Part shown: in pieces, positions 38,718 to 48,511 of the stretch
Numbering within the stretch: the stretch's first letter is position 1
How the letters are laid out: every line of letters begins with the position of its first letter
From: an uncultured Anaerolineales bacterium
GTDB lineage: Bacteria; Chloroflexota; Anaerolineae; Anaerolineales; UBA6663
NCBI GenBank assembly: GCA_937952305.1
Contig: CALFZO010000139.1
Coordinates: 36,355 to 100,354 of the forward strand
Length of the DNA: 64,000 nt
Direction of reading: 5' to 3'
Position numbers and translations under genes: made by a program
Notes under the pieces: generated by a model
What the model was told of the DNA's origin: nothing
Seen by the model: only the letters and a program-made list of their open reading frames with translations
Databases searched by the model: none

Positions 38718-41372
38718 TCAGGAACCGTCGTCGAGGCGTTGATAAATCTTCACATCGCCGGCCTCAAAGACCAGACGCATGAATTGTTCGAACTTGGGCT
38801 GGTAGACGCCGCGGTATTTCTGGCGCTCCAGGTCGCTGACCAGGACATACTCGATGCCGTAACGGGACAGCAGTTCCTGGGCGGCCGCCCAATCGCGGGC
38901 CTGGTAGAGCTGCTGGATGGCGCCTTCGCGTTCGGCGACACGCTCGAAGTAGCGCCCGCGCCATTGACCCTCGTGGCCGGGCCAGCCCATCACGGTCGGC
39001 AGGCCGGTGGCCATCGAGATGCGTGAAAAGCGGCCCTCAATCCAGTACTGGCCGCCGATGCCCTCGGCCAGCACCGGGGCGCCGGCCACGTTGGCCTGCA
39101 GCCACTGGATGGCGGCCCAGTCATTGGGATACTGCTGCGCGAAGTAGGCCAGGCCGTCCAGCGTGGCCGGGCCGGCGAAACGGTTGGTCTTGCTGAGCAG
39201 CGCCGGGTAGGTGTAGAGCAGCCCGGCCGCGATCGCCAGCGCCAGGCCGGCCCAGACCGCGCCGCGCACGACCGGCCGCGCCAGGTCCCAGATCAGGCGC
39301 AGCCCGAAGGCGGCGGCCAGTCCCCACAGCACCCAGGTCTGGAAATAGAACTTGAAGATGGTGTTCATGCGCGTGCCGAAATTGTCGCGCAGATACACGA
39401 ACTCCGGGCCGACCAGCAGCAGCGCACCCGTGGTCAGAAGCACCAGCATGAACAGGACCGCCGGCGACTGCACCAACTCGGCCGCCTGAACACGCGCCGG
39501 GTCCACCGGCCCGTCCGCGCCGCCGCGCTGGCGCAAGGCGCCCACCGCCAGGCCCGCGCACAGGCCCACCATCGCGGCCGGCAGGAGCGTGGTGAACGAG
39601 TCTACCAGCCGGCGTTGGAGCGTCAGACTCAGGGCTGCATTGCGCGAGAGCGGCGCGATGAACGAGTCCACAACACCGGCCAGGGCCGGGCTGAACCAGG
39701 CGGCCACCGCCAGCGTCATGGCCACCAGGATCAGGGCCGCCAGCAGGCCGCCGCCGGCCCAGGCCGCCGCCCGGCGGTCCAGCGCCGCCCGCCCGCGGAT
39801 GGCCAGCCAGCCCAGGCAGACCACGGCCCCGATCAGCACGTGCGCGAACATCACGGCCGTCTGCTGGAAGCGCGTGGGGTAGACCAGGTTCGGGAGCAGC
39901 CCGCCGGCCTGCGAGGTGAAGGACAGGTAGAACGGGAGATAGAGCGCCACGCCCGCGCCGGCCAGGATGAGTGCGAAGGCGGCCACGCCCGTCCAGCGCT
40001 GCAGCAGGCCAGACCACCCCCAGGCCGAGCCCAGGCCGAGCGCCAAGGCCAGCCCGACCACGAACAGATAGATCGGGAAATCCCAGGTGTTGAGGAAACC
40101 CAGGCCGCCGAGCAGCAGGGCGGAAACCAACAGATCTGGCAGGAGCGGGCGGAGATTAAACCCCAAATCCCTAACCCCCAGTTTCCAAGAGTGCGACGCA
40201 GGCGCTGATTCGAGACCAGAGACTGGAGAGGGAAGGCCCCGCGCCCAGAGCAGCCAGTTGAGGCCCAGCGCCAAAGACAGGAACACGAAGGGCAGCGCCA
40301 GCACGTGCGGGTGCATGTCGCCCAACACGAACGAGAAGGCCGGCATCTCGGTGATGGCTTCGGTCTCCTGGCCGAGCAGGTTCTTGTCGTGCGTGACCCG
40401 CGCCGCGAAGAACCAGTTGCCCAGCGCCCAGTCGAACTCGGCGCGCGCGGCCGGCGGCGGCGGCTGCAGGAACTTCAGGTCCAGCCAGCGCCACAGGTTG
40501 ACCAGGCCGGCGCGCACGCCCGGCGCCTGCCCGGTGGCGGTGTCGCCGAAGTCGTACCAGACGGCCGGGATCTGCGTGTCGGCCAGCTGGCCGTTGGCGT
40601 GCAGCAGGCCGAGCACGCCGTAGTAGTTGCCGGCCGCCACGATCATGAGCGGGGCCAGCAGGGCCGGCCAGAAAGAGCGGCGCAGGGCCAAGGGCGAAGG
40701 ACCCCGGCGGGCGTCCGGCGTCCGGCCGCCGGCCTGCGCCGGAACCAGCGCCATCAGGTTGGCGGCCACGCCCAGCGCGCCGGTGGCCGCCAGCGCGAAG
40801 AGCAGCGCCAGGCCCAGGTTGAAGCCCACCGCCGCGGCCACGCCGGTGACGCGGATCAGCGCCGCCATCAGCACGTAGCCGAAGTAGTAGTAGCTGATGG
40901 CGTGGCCAGACAGCCAGGCGTCGTTGGGCGGGAAGGCCGGGCTGCGCAGGATGGCGTTGATGAACATGAACTCCATGGGCTTCTCGGTGCCCAGGATTTC
41001 AGGATTGTGGGCGCGCACCCAGGCCCAGAGCGCGAAGGCCGCCAGGAAGACGACCTCGACGCCCACGACATAGCCCCACTGCGCGCGCAGCCACGCCCAC
41101 AGATCGGCCAGGCCGGCGCGCCCGAGCCAGGCCGCCCCGGCCGCCAGCACCAGGCCGGCCGCGATCACCACGCCGGCCGCGTCGTTGCGCAGGAAGCCGA
41201 GCGTGCACAGCAGCCAGAAGACGTAGCCGGCCGTCAACAGGCCGAGCGGCCGCGCCAGCGCAAAGCCGCGGTCCGGCAGCCAGCGGAACAGCCGGAAGCC
41301 GAGCGGCAGGGCCAGCAGGCCGGCCGCGCTGACGGCCACATACCAGGCGAAGAAAGCCAGCGGATCGGACAT
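38718..41372 (-). CDS. Chlor_Arch_YYY / DUF2298 family integral membrane protein
   Basis: 884 aa and highly hydrophobic. The Y-Y-Y-F-G motif lies at 40878-40892 within GTEKPMEFMFINAILRSPAFPPNDAWLSGHAISYYYFGY. Confidence 0.7.
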   Translation of the reverse strand: MSDPLAFFAWYVAVSAAGLLALPLGFRLFRWLPDRGFALARPLGLLTAGYVFWLLCTLGFLRNDAAGVVIAAGLVLAAGAAWLGRAGLADLWAWLRAQWGYVVGVEVVFLAAFALWAWVRAHNPEILGTEKPMEFMFINAILRSPAFPPNDAWLSGHAISYYYFGYVLMAALIRVTGVAAAVGFNLGLALLFALAATGALGVAANLMALVPAQAGGRTPDARRGPSPLALRRSFWPALLAPLMIVAAGNYYGVLGLLHANGQLADTQIPAVWYDFGDTATGQAPGVRAGLVNLWRWLDLKFLQPPPPAARAEFDWALGNWFFAARVTHDKNLLGQETEAITEMPAFSFVLGDMHPHVLALPFVFLSLALGLNWLLWARGLPSPVSGLESAPASHSWKLGVRDLGFNLRPLLPDLLVSALLLGGLGFLNTWDFPIYLFVVGLALALGLGSAWGWSGLLQRWTGVAAFALILAGAGVALYLPFYLSFTSQAGGLLPNLVYPTRFQQTAVMFAHVLIGAVVCLGWLAIRGRAALDRRAAAWAGGGLLAALILVAMTLAVAAWFSPALAGVVDSFIAPLSRNAALSLTLQRRLVDSFTTLLPAAMVGLCAGLAVGALRQRGGADGPVDPARVQAAELVQSPAVLFMLVLLTTGALLLVGPEFVYLRDNFGTRMNTIFKFYFQTWVLWGLAAAFGLRLIWDLARPVVRGAVWAGLALAIAAGLLYTYPALLSKTNRFAGPATLDGLAYFAQQYPNDWAAIQWLQANVAGAPVLAEGIGGQYWIEGRFSRISMATGLPTVMGWPGHEGQWRGRYFERVAEREGAIQQLYQARDWAAAQELLSRYGIEYVLVSDLERQKYRGVYQPKFEQFMRLVFEAGDVKIYQRLDDGS

Positions 41373-41382
41373 GCGCTCCCGT

Positions 41383-43092
41383 TCAGGCCAGCGTCACCGT
41401 GCGCGTCAGCGTGCCCGCGCGCGGATGCTTGGCCGTGATAGTGACGGCGCTCCCGGCCGGAGCCCGCACCACCCACTCCACTTTGGCGCGGTCGGTGGTC
41501 GGGTCAGGCGCCCAGAAATCGGCGTACAGCTTGAGGGCGCGGCCGGTGAGCTGGCCGGCCTCCACGCGCCGCTCACCGCTGACCAGGGTCACGCCGGCCG
41601 GCAGAGACAGCGTCACCTCCAGCGGCCGCACCAGCTTCTTCTCGGCGGCGCGGGTCGTGACCGCCGTCGGCAGCCAGCCGGTGTTCTGGACGATGGCGCG
41701 CAGGTGGTAGGCGCCCTCGCCCAGCGGCGTCACCGTCACATCCCGGAACTCCAACAGCGGCGAGATCAGGGCATGCCAGATGATGAAGTCGGCGTGCCGC
41801 GCGATCTCCTTCTCCAGAAGCTGCGGCGGCGGGTTGCGCCACATCAGGTCCATGTCCCAGCCGCCCAACTCCACCGGCCCCAGCTGCGGGTGCTGGAAGG
41901 CGTACCAGTTCACGAAGCCGCGCCCGCCCAGGACCTCGTCGCTCCACTTGAGCAGCTGCCGGTCCTCTTCCACCGGGTGCTGGCGTGTCCACTCGATGTA
42001 GCGCGAGCCGCCCTTGCCGTTCGGGCCTTTGGTCAGGTCGATGCCGGCCTCTTTCTCCGGGCTCCACAGCTCGCACGTCCAGGCGTACACGCCCAGATGG
42101 TCATACAGCCAGCCGTCGAAGTCACCCTTCATGGTTTCTTTGGGGTGGTACTTGAACTCGTGGAAGACCGAGACGGCCGGGTAGCCGGTGAGCCGGGTGG
42201 CCTGCTTGCCGATCTCCTGATACGTCCACAGGTCGTCGGTCGGGAAGTGCTCGTCCGAATGGGCGCTGTAAGGCGGCAGATAGACGGCGCTCCAGGTGTG
42301 GAACGTGATCGCGCCCGTGATGTTAGGGTGATCGACGATGAACTGGACGACGGCGCGCACCTCCGGCTCACTGGCGGGATACGGGCCGGCGCCCTTCTGC
42401 TCGCTCTCGAACGCCCACTCCACCGGGAAGTTGCGGTTGAGGTCCAGGCCCTCCGGCTTGGGCGCCACCTTGATGTGGACGCCGTCGTAGTTGCGCACGG
42501 TGCCTTCCGGCAGGAAGCGGTAGTACGGGCCGCTGTCGGAGCCGTCGGCGGCGCGCGGCACGAGCAGGCGCGGCTCGTCCGGGTGGGCCTTCCACGGGCC
42601 GTTGGGGTCCGGCACGCGCATCATCAGGATGCGGCCGTCGCCGTCCGCGTCGCCCTCGTGCAGGCCGTCCTGCGGCTCGGCCAGCGGATACAGGCGCGTG
42701 CTGGAGCGGACGCGGCGGTGGCGCTCGTCCAGGTAGAGCTCGGCGCCGTCCGGGTTGAAGCGCGGCACCACGTACAGGACGCGCGTGTCCAGCAGGCGCG
42801 TGATCGGCGCGTCGGTGCCGTAGCCGGTGAGCACCTTGTTGAGCGCGTACAGCGCGCACGTGGACGGCGAGACCTCCGTCGCGTGGATGTTGGCGTCCAC
42901 CCAGAAGGCGGGCTTATCGGTGTCCGGGCCGGTGGCCGTGTTGGTCACCGTCACCAGCCAGAGGTCGCGGCCCTCGTGGCTGCGGCCGATCGAGGTCACC
43001 CGGCACAGGGCCGGGTAGCGAGCGGCGAAGTCCTGCAGCAGCGCGGTCAGGTCGGCGTACTTGTAGTAGGTGTCAAAGCGGAGTTCAGGCAT
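41383..43092 (-). CDS. M14-family zinc carboxypeptidase-like protein, no signal peptide
   Basis: H-x-x-E zinc motif (NIHATE), FNPDGAE, and a later His (ITFHTW). I preferred the start at 43092 (AGGAA 8 nt upstream). ATG 43134 would overlap the upstream gene by 13 nt. Confidence 0.65.
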   Translation of the reverse strand: MPELRFDTYYKYADLTALLQDFAARYPALCRVTSIGRSHEGRDLWLVTVTNTATGPDTDKPAFWVDANIHATEVSPSTCALYALNKVLTGYGTDAPITRLLDTRVLYVVPRFNPDGAELYLDERHRRVRSSTRLYPLAEPQDGLHEGDADGDGRILMMRVPDPNGPWKAHPDEPRLLVPRAADGSDSGPYYRFLPEGTVRNYDGVHIKVAPKPEGLDLNRNFPVEWAFESEQKGAGPYPASEPEVRAVVQFIVDHPNITGAITFHTWSAVYLPPYSAHSDEHFPTDDLWTYQEIGKQATRLTGYPAVSVFHEFKYHPKETMKGDFDGWLYDHLGVYAWTCELWSPEKEAGIDLTKGPNGKGGSRYIEWTRQHPVEEDRQLLKWSDEVLGGRGFVNWYAFQHPQLGPVELGGWDMDLMWRNPPPQLLEKEIARHADFIIWHALISPLLEFRDVTVTPLGEGAYHLRAIVQNTGWLPTAVTTRAAEKKLVRPLEVTLSLPAGVTLVSGERRVEAGQLTGRALKLYADFWAPDPTTDRAKVEWVVRAPAGSAVTITAKHPRAGTLTRTVTLA

Positions 43093-43121
43093 AGGCGTTC
43101 CTGGTGCCAAAGGCAGCGGCT

Positions 43122-46100
43122 CTATTTCACCCAACTCGTCTCAGCCGCGTCGAAAGGGACCCGCTCGCCCTGGTCAGCCGGGGGCGCGGGCACCGCATAC
43201 ACGGTGACTCCGGGATTGGTGTACACGCGCTCCAGGCGGCCGGCGGCGGCCAGGGTCTCGAATTTCGCCAGGCCGGTGTCCGGATAGTACGCCCGCTCCA
43301 TCGGACCGACGATGATGTAGCGCACGTCGTACTCGCGCAGGAATTCCTCGGCCGCCGCCTCGTCCACGGTCAGATAGAACTCGGTCACTTGCACGCCGCG
43401 CTCGGTGATAAACCCGGTGGGGCCGGCGCCGCGCTGCTGGCGCTGATGCCAGTCCCAGCCGACCACGTTGGGCAGGCCGGTGTTCCAGGCATAGCGGCTG
43501 GACAGGCGGTAGAGATCAAAGGTCTGGGCCTCGACGATCACGGGCGAGCCCTGGACGTTGGCCTGCAGCCAGCGGATGGCGTCGTAATCGTACGCCAGCG
43601 GCAGGAAGAACCCCTTGTCGCAATAGGCGCTGACGGTCATGTAAGCCAGGCCATTCAGGCCGCGCGGCTGCTCGTCCGCCGGCGCGCCCTGGGTGTAGGG
43701 CAGCGCCATCCCCGGGATCGGCTGACAGCCGGCGCCCTCCGGCGACGCCGCGTAGGCGATGAAGCGGTCGCGCATCTTGGCCCCGGCCGCCGTGACCGTG
43801 TACAACGCCGCCGCCGCCACCAGCACCACCAGCACCGCCGACCAGCCGCTGCGCCAGGCCACGGGCCAGCGCGGCTGCGCGGCCCAAGCCCAGGCCAGGG
43901 CCGCCGCCGCGGCGATACTGAACAGCATCCAGACCTGCATATACAGCTTGAAGATCGTGTTCATGCGGTCGCCGCCCAGCACGACCACGTCCACGAACAG
44001 CGTCACCGCCAGGCCTGTCCCCAGCATGAACACCACCGCCCGCTTCTCAGGCGCCAGCGCCGCGCGCCCGCGCAGGAGCACCAGCCCGGCCCACACCAGC
44101 AGCGGCAGCGCGATCACCACTACGGTCACGCCCAGGTACAGGAAGATGGCCACGCAGACCAGCAGGGCCGCCAACGCCACGCCCAGCGGCGCCAGCCAGT
44201 CGCCCAGATGGTTGAGCACGGTGGCCGGCGTCTCGGCCAGCCAGCGCCCAGTCTCCACCACCAGGAACGTCACCAGGCAGAACAGGAACAGGCCGTGGAC
44301 GTACAGGTACGCCTCGATCGGCGTCTTCTCGCCCTCCCACTGCTTGAGCTCGGTCAGCGGCACCGCCACCCACTGGTCAAACGGCCGATAGAGCAGCAGC
44401 GTCAGCGCCACCAGCAGCACCACGCGCGCGCCCACCGCCAGCGCCAACGCCTGCCAGCTCTCGCCCGGCTTGCGGCCCAGCAGATGCGCGCCCAGCACCG
44501 CCGCCGCGCCCAGCGCCATGTACATCGGGTAGTCCCAGGTATTGGACGGGCGCGTCACGCCGATGACCAGGCCGCCGATAGCCCAGACCGCCGCGGACTC
44601 CCACCAGCGCCGCGCCTGCCCAAACCCCTGCAGGTAGGCGATGGCCCAGGCGATGGCCATGACCGTGAAGGGCATGACGATCATGTGCGCGTGCAGGTCC
44701 GCGTACAAGAAGGTGAAGAACGGGAACTCAGTGATCTCTGAGCCGCTACCGTTGACGTTGGGCACGATGCGCGTGGCGTCCCAATACCAGGAGCCCAGGG
44801 CGATGCCGAGTTCGGCCTTGCCGCTCAGCACGCGCCACACGCCGTCGATCGTCGCCGTCACGCCGTTGTCGCCGAAGACCGAGTCCGCCAGCGCCGCCCG
44901 GTCGGCCGCGCGCTGAAAGCCGGTCAGGTAGGTGCGCACCTGGCCCAGGTTGCCCAGGACCACGATCAGCAGCGCGGCCGCGACCCCGGCCAGGTACGGG
45001 TTCGGCGTGGCGCTGGCCGGCCGGATGGTGGGCGTGACGGCGACCGGCGCAACGGCCGGCGCGGGCGCTTCGGCCAACGCCACTGTCTCGGCGGCTGGGC
45101 CGGCTTGCGCCAGGGCCAGGCTTTCGCCGTCTGTGAGCGCCACCGCTTCGCTCGACGGACCGTCAGGCGCCGGAGCCAGGACCTCGGGGGCGATGGCCGG
45201 CGGCGCGGCCTCGGGCCCGCGCGGTGCGGGCGGCTCCCGGCGGCGCGCGCCTTCCACCAAGTTGTACGCAGCACAGAACGCGTTCACGCCCACGAGCGAG
45301 AACAGCATCGGCAGGATCAGGTTGTAAGCCAGCGCCGGCATCACGCCGAGCAGCTTGGTGAGCAGGCCGGCGACGACGAAACCGTAGTAGTAGTAGTTCA
45401 GGTAACCGCCGGCCAGCCACGGGTCGTACGGCGGGAAATACGTGCTCTTCAAGACGGCGTTGAAATACGAGAAGTCCATGGGCTTCTCGCCGCCGTAGTA
45501 CGGGTGCCACAGGTCGGGGTTGGCCCAGCGGATGAACAACATCAGCGCGAACAGCGCCAGCGCCACGGCCTCGGTGATGAGCATGTGGCGCCAGTGGGCG
45601 CGCAGGTAGGCCAGCAGGGCCGCGCGCTGGAGCCACGCCAGGCCGGCCGAGATCAGGGCCAGAACCAGGAAGCCCAGCGCGATGGTGGTGCGCGTAAAGG
45701 GCAGCAGCCGCAGGCTCCCGGCCATCCACACCAACCAGGCCACCACCAGCAGCGCCACCGTCTTGGCCAGCGGGTAGCCCCGGTCCGGCAAGCCGCCAAA
45801 AGCCGTGAACGCCAACGGGAAGGCCAGCGCCCCCAGCACCAACAGGGCCAGATACCAGGCCGCCACGGCCACCGGCTCGCTGGTGTTGATCAGGCTGGTC
45901 GCGTCAAACATCGCGCTCCAGGTGCCCCCGGCGCGCTGGATCGCCGCCAGGTCCGGCGGGAGCAGCATCAGCGTGGGCGCCAGCGTCCCGTCGCGCGGGC
46001 TCTGGTCGATGACCTGGGTCAGGTCCACGCCAAACAGAAGCGTGGCCGCCTGCTCGATGTCGAAGTCGGCGCGCTTCTTGAAGATCCAGACCGGGGCGTG

Positions 46101-48470
46101 ATCGTAGACGCTGAAAGCCTCTTCGGCCGCCCACAGGCTGTAGTTGAAGGGATAGTCCGGCCCGAGCGCGGGCACGTCCGGCGCCCGGCCCCAGGCGGCC
46201 GTGCCGGTCAAGTCCGAGACCTGCAGGGGGCCGACGGTGATGGGCGTGTGGAACTGCGCCACCAGGTCATAGCCCAATTGCCCGTCGAACAGCGCGCGGT
46301 AGTACGCCATCGTCATCGGGTAGCGGGCCGGCAGGCGCGTCGAGGCCCAGATCCGGCGCTGGCTCTGCACAAAGATGTAATCGGCCTGCTCCAGATTGGC
46401 CAGGTACATCTGGCGCTTGTTCTCGTCGTCCAGCCAGTGGACTTCCATGGTCAGGCCGCGGTACAGGCCGCCGTACGGGTCGCGCCCGAACATGCGCACG
46501 GGGACGGACTCATCCCAGTTCTCGTTGGTCACCGTCGAGCCGGTCACCTGGATCGGGCCGCCCTCCGGCGCGCTGATCAGCAGGAAATAGGCTGTGTCCT
46601 GCTCCACCGGCACCGGCTGGGAGAGCACGGCCGAGGCCGGCCCGCCGCGGGCGTCGCGCAGGTCCGGCGTCACTGCCAGCCGCGCCTCGGCCAGCACCTG
46701 CTGCCCATCCGGGTCGGCGGCCACCACCACCCGCAGGACGCCGGCCTGGTTCGGGTCAAAGGTGTTGCGCGCGCGCGCCACGCTGATCTCGGTCAGCTGG
46801 CCGCTGAAACGCGGCCGGTATTCCAGCTGATAGCTCGCGTCCGCCATCAACGGCACGCCTTCGGGAAACGCCAGCGGCTCGTTCAGCCCGCTGCCATCCG
46901 GCAGAGTCAGGCGGGCGTTGAAGGGGCCGGGGATGTTCTCGTAGATCCAGCGCGAGGCCTGCAAGCGGGTGTTGTCGGCGCGGTAGATGCCGGTGTACCC
47001 GTAGGCCCAGGCCAGCGTGCCGCCCAAGACAAGGAGCGGCAGGCCGAAGGCCAGAAGCCGCAGGCCGAGGGCCGGCCAGGCACCGACGGGCGGGTTGCGC
47101 CGCCCGGCCTCCGCCGCCAGCCGCCAGACCTCCGCCAGCGCCCAGGCGGCCAACAGCGCCAGGAAGGGATAGATCGGCAGGAAGTAGCGCACGGACATCA
47201 CCGCGCGCGTGCCCATGAACAAGAAGAAGCCGCCGACCCAGATCGCGGGCAGCAGCAGCGGGGCGACATCGCGCAGGAAATGCCGCCCCCAGTCCGCGCG
47301 CAGACAGCGCCAGGCGGCCCAGGCCAGGGCGCCCCAGGCCGCCAACCCGAACGGCAGGCCCATCCCCCACAGCACCATGTTGACCAGCGGGAAGAGGAGG
47401 CGCGGCCGCGCCGTCCACTGCTCGGCCGGCGGGCCGCCGGCCTCCAGGTTGGACTCCGCCTGCGAGACCGCCAGGCTGTCCAGCCAATCCTGGTTGGGCG
47501 TCACGGTGAAGATCGTCGTGTCCCCGGTCTTGGCCCGGAACGACATCGGCTGCGTCACCCGGAAGGTGGCCACGCCGACCAGGCCGGCCAGCGCGCACAA
47601 CAGCACCACGCGCTGCAGCGCCGCCCAGGCCGTGGCCTCCGTCCGCAGTTCGCGCTGGTGAGCAATGAGGGCGGCCACCAGGATCATGCCGCCCAGCGGC
47701 GCCAGGTTGATGCGCGCCGCCACCGCCATGCCGAAGAAGACGCCGAAGACGAGATACCACGGCCAGGCGCGCCAGCCGGACGACCGGGGCGCGGCGGCCT
47801 CGTCCGCGTACGCGCGCGCCGGCCCGGCCGGGAACGCCACGCGCACGGCCGCATACATGGCCAGCGTGGTGAACAACACCGCGAAGGTGTCGGACGTCAT
47901 GAAGTGCGACTGCTGGATCTGCATCACGGCCAGCGCGCTGAGCGCCGCCGCCATCAGACCGACACGATAGTGAAACAGGCGCGCCCCGATCAGCAGGATC
48001 ACCAGCAGCGCCAGGCTGTCCACCAGCGCCGAGAACTGCCGCCCAAACAGCCGCTGTTCGCGGTAGCCGGTGTTGTCGGTGAGCTCGGCCCCCCACTTCA
48101 ACAGGATGATCGGCCACTGGCCCCAGCGCATGCGGTTGTCCGGCCCAGACTCGGTCGGGTTGCCGAACTCGTCGTACTTCTGATAAGGGCTGATGGGCGA
48201 GAGGCGGGTGTTGAAGTACTCGGCCAACGACTGCGGCAGCGCCAGCCGCGTCAGCGTGGACGTCAGGCCGTACTCGTCCGGGTGCAGGTCCGCGTCCTGG
48301 CTCCAGTTGGTCCAACTGAAGCGGAAGAAGAGGCCGACGCCGATCAGCGCGATCAACAGCGCGTCGAAGAGCAGGCCGGCCCAGAAGGCCGCCGGCCGGG
48401 GCGTGGCCGCCGGCCGCGGAGGTTCTGGGGCAGTCGGCGTGATGTCCGGAGGAAGGCTGGGGTCAGACAT
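43122..48470 (-). CDS. 1782-aa fusion of an N-terminal GT-C/PMT_2-like module, a central soluble domain and a C-terminal Chlor_Arch_YYY/DUF2298 module
   Basis: N-terminal loop DLHPDEYG (DE dipeptide). Residues from about 865 to the end are paralogous to the whole 884-aa protein (GGEKPMDFSYFNAVLKSTYFPPYDPWLAGGYLNYYYYGF, with YYYYG at 45381-45395). An Ala/Pro-rich insert lies at 44997-45254. Confidence 0.7.
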   Translation of the reverse strand: MSDPSLPPDITPTAPEPPRPAATPRPAAFWAGLLFDALLIALIGVGLFFRFSWTNWSQDADLHPDEYGLTSTLTRLALPQSLAEYFNTRLSPISPYQKYDEFGNPTESGPDNRMRWGQWPIILLKWGAELTDNTGYREQRLFGRQFSALVDSLALLVILLIGARLFHYRVGLMAAALSALAVMQIQQSHFMTSDTFAVLFTTLAMYAAVRVAFPAGPARAYADEAAAPRSSGWRAWPWYLVFGVFFGMAVAARINLAPLGGMILVAALIAHQRELRTEATAWAALQRVVLLCALAGLVGVATFRVTQPMSFRAKTGDTTIFTVTPNQDWLDSLAVSQAESNLEAGGPPAEQWTARPRLLFPLVNMVLWGMGLPFGLAAWGALAWAAWRCLRADWGRHFLRDVAPLLLPAIWVGGFFLFMGTRAVMSVRYFLPIYPFLALLAAWALAEVWRLAAEAGRRNPPVGAWPALGLRLLAFGLPLLVLGGTLAWAYGYTGIYRADNTRLQASRWIYENIPGPFNARLTLPDGSGLNEPLAFPEGVPLMADASYQLEYRPRFSGQLTEISVARARNTFDPNQAGVLRVVVAADPDGQQVLAEARLAVTPDLRDARGGPASAVLSQPVPVEQDTAYFLLISAPEGGPIQVTGSTVTNENWDESVPVRMFGRDPYGGLYRGLTMEVHWLDDENKRQMYLANLEQADYIFVQSQRRIWASTRLPARYPMTMAYYRALFDGQLGYDLVAQFHTPITVGPLQVSDLTGTAAWGRAPDVPALGPDYPFNYSLWAAEEAFSVYDHAPVWIFKKRADFDIEQAATLLFGVDLTQVIDQSPRDGTLAPTLMLLPPDLAAIQRAGGTWSAMFDATSLINTSEPVAVAAWYLALLVLGALAFPLAFTAFGGLPDRGYPLAKTVALLVVAWLVWMAGSLRLLPFTRTTIALGFLVLALISAGLAWLQRAALLAYLRAHWRHMLITEAVALALFALMLFIRWANPDLWHPYYGGEKPMDFSYFNAVLKSTYFPPYDPWLAGGYLNYYYYGFVVAGLLTKLLGVMPALAYNLILPMLFSLVGVNAFCAAYNLVEGARRREPPAPRGPEAAPPAIAPEVLAPAPDGPSSEAVALTDGESLALAQAGPAAETVALAEAPAPAVAPVAVTPTIRPASATPNPYLAGVAAALLIVVLGNLGQVRTYLTGFQRAADRAALADSVFGDNGVTATIDGVWRVLSGKAELGIALGSWYWDATRIVPNVNGSGSEITEFPFFTFLYADLHAHMIVMPFTVMAIAWAIAYLQGFGQARRWWESAAVWAIGGLVIGVTRPSNTWDYPMYMALGAAAVLGAHLLGRKPGESWQALALAVGARVVLLVALTLLLYRPFDQWVAVPLTELKQWEGEKTPIEAYLYVHGLFLFCLVTFLVVETGRWLAETPATVLNHLGDWLAPLGVALAALLVCVAIFLYLGVTVVVIALPLLVWAGLVLLRGRAALAPEKRAVVFMLGTGLAVTLFVDVVVLGGDRMNTIFKLYMQVWMLFSIAAAAALAWAWAAQPRWPVAWRSGWSAVLVVLVAAAALYTVTAAGAKMRDRFIAYAASPEGAGCQPIPGMALPYTQGAPADEQPRGLNGLAYMTVSAYCDKGFFLPLAYDYDAIRWLQANVQGSPVIVEAQTFDLYRLSSRYAWNTGLPNVVGWDWHQRQQRGAGPTGFITERGVQVTEFYLTVDEAAAEEFLREYDVRYIIVGPMERAYYPDTGLAKFETLAAAGRLERVYTNPGVTVYAVPAPPADQGERVPFDAAETSWVK

Positions 48471-48511
48471 ACCGATGGTTTGACAGGCTGCGTCCAGGCG
48501 GCGGCGGGCCG

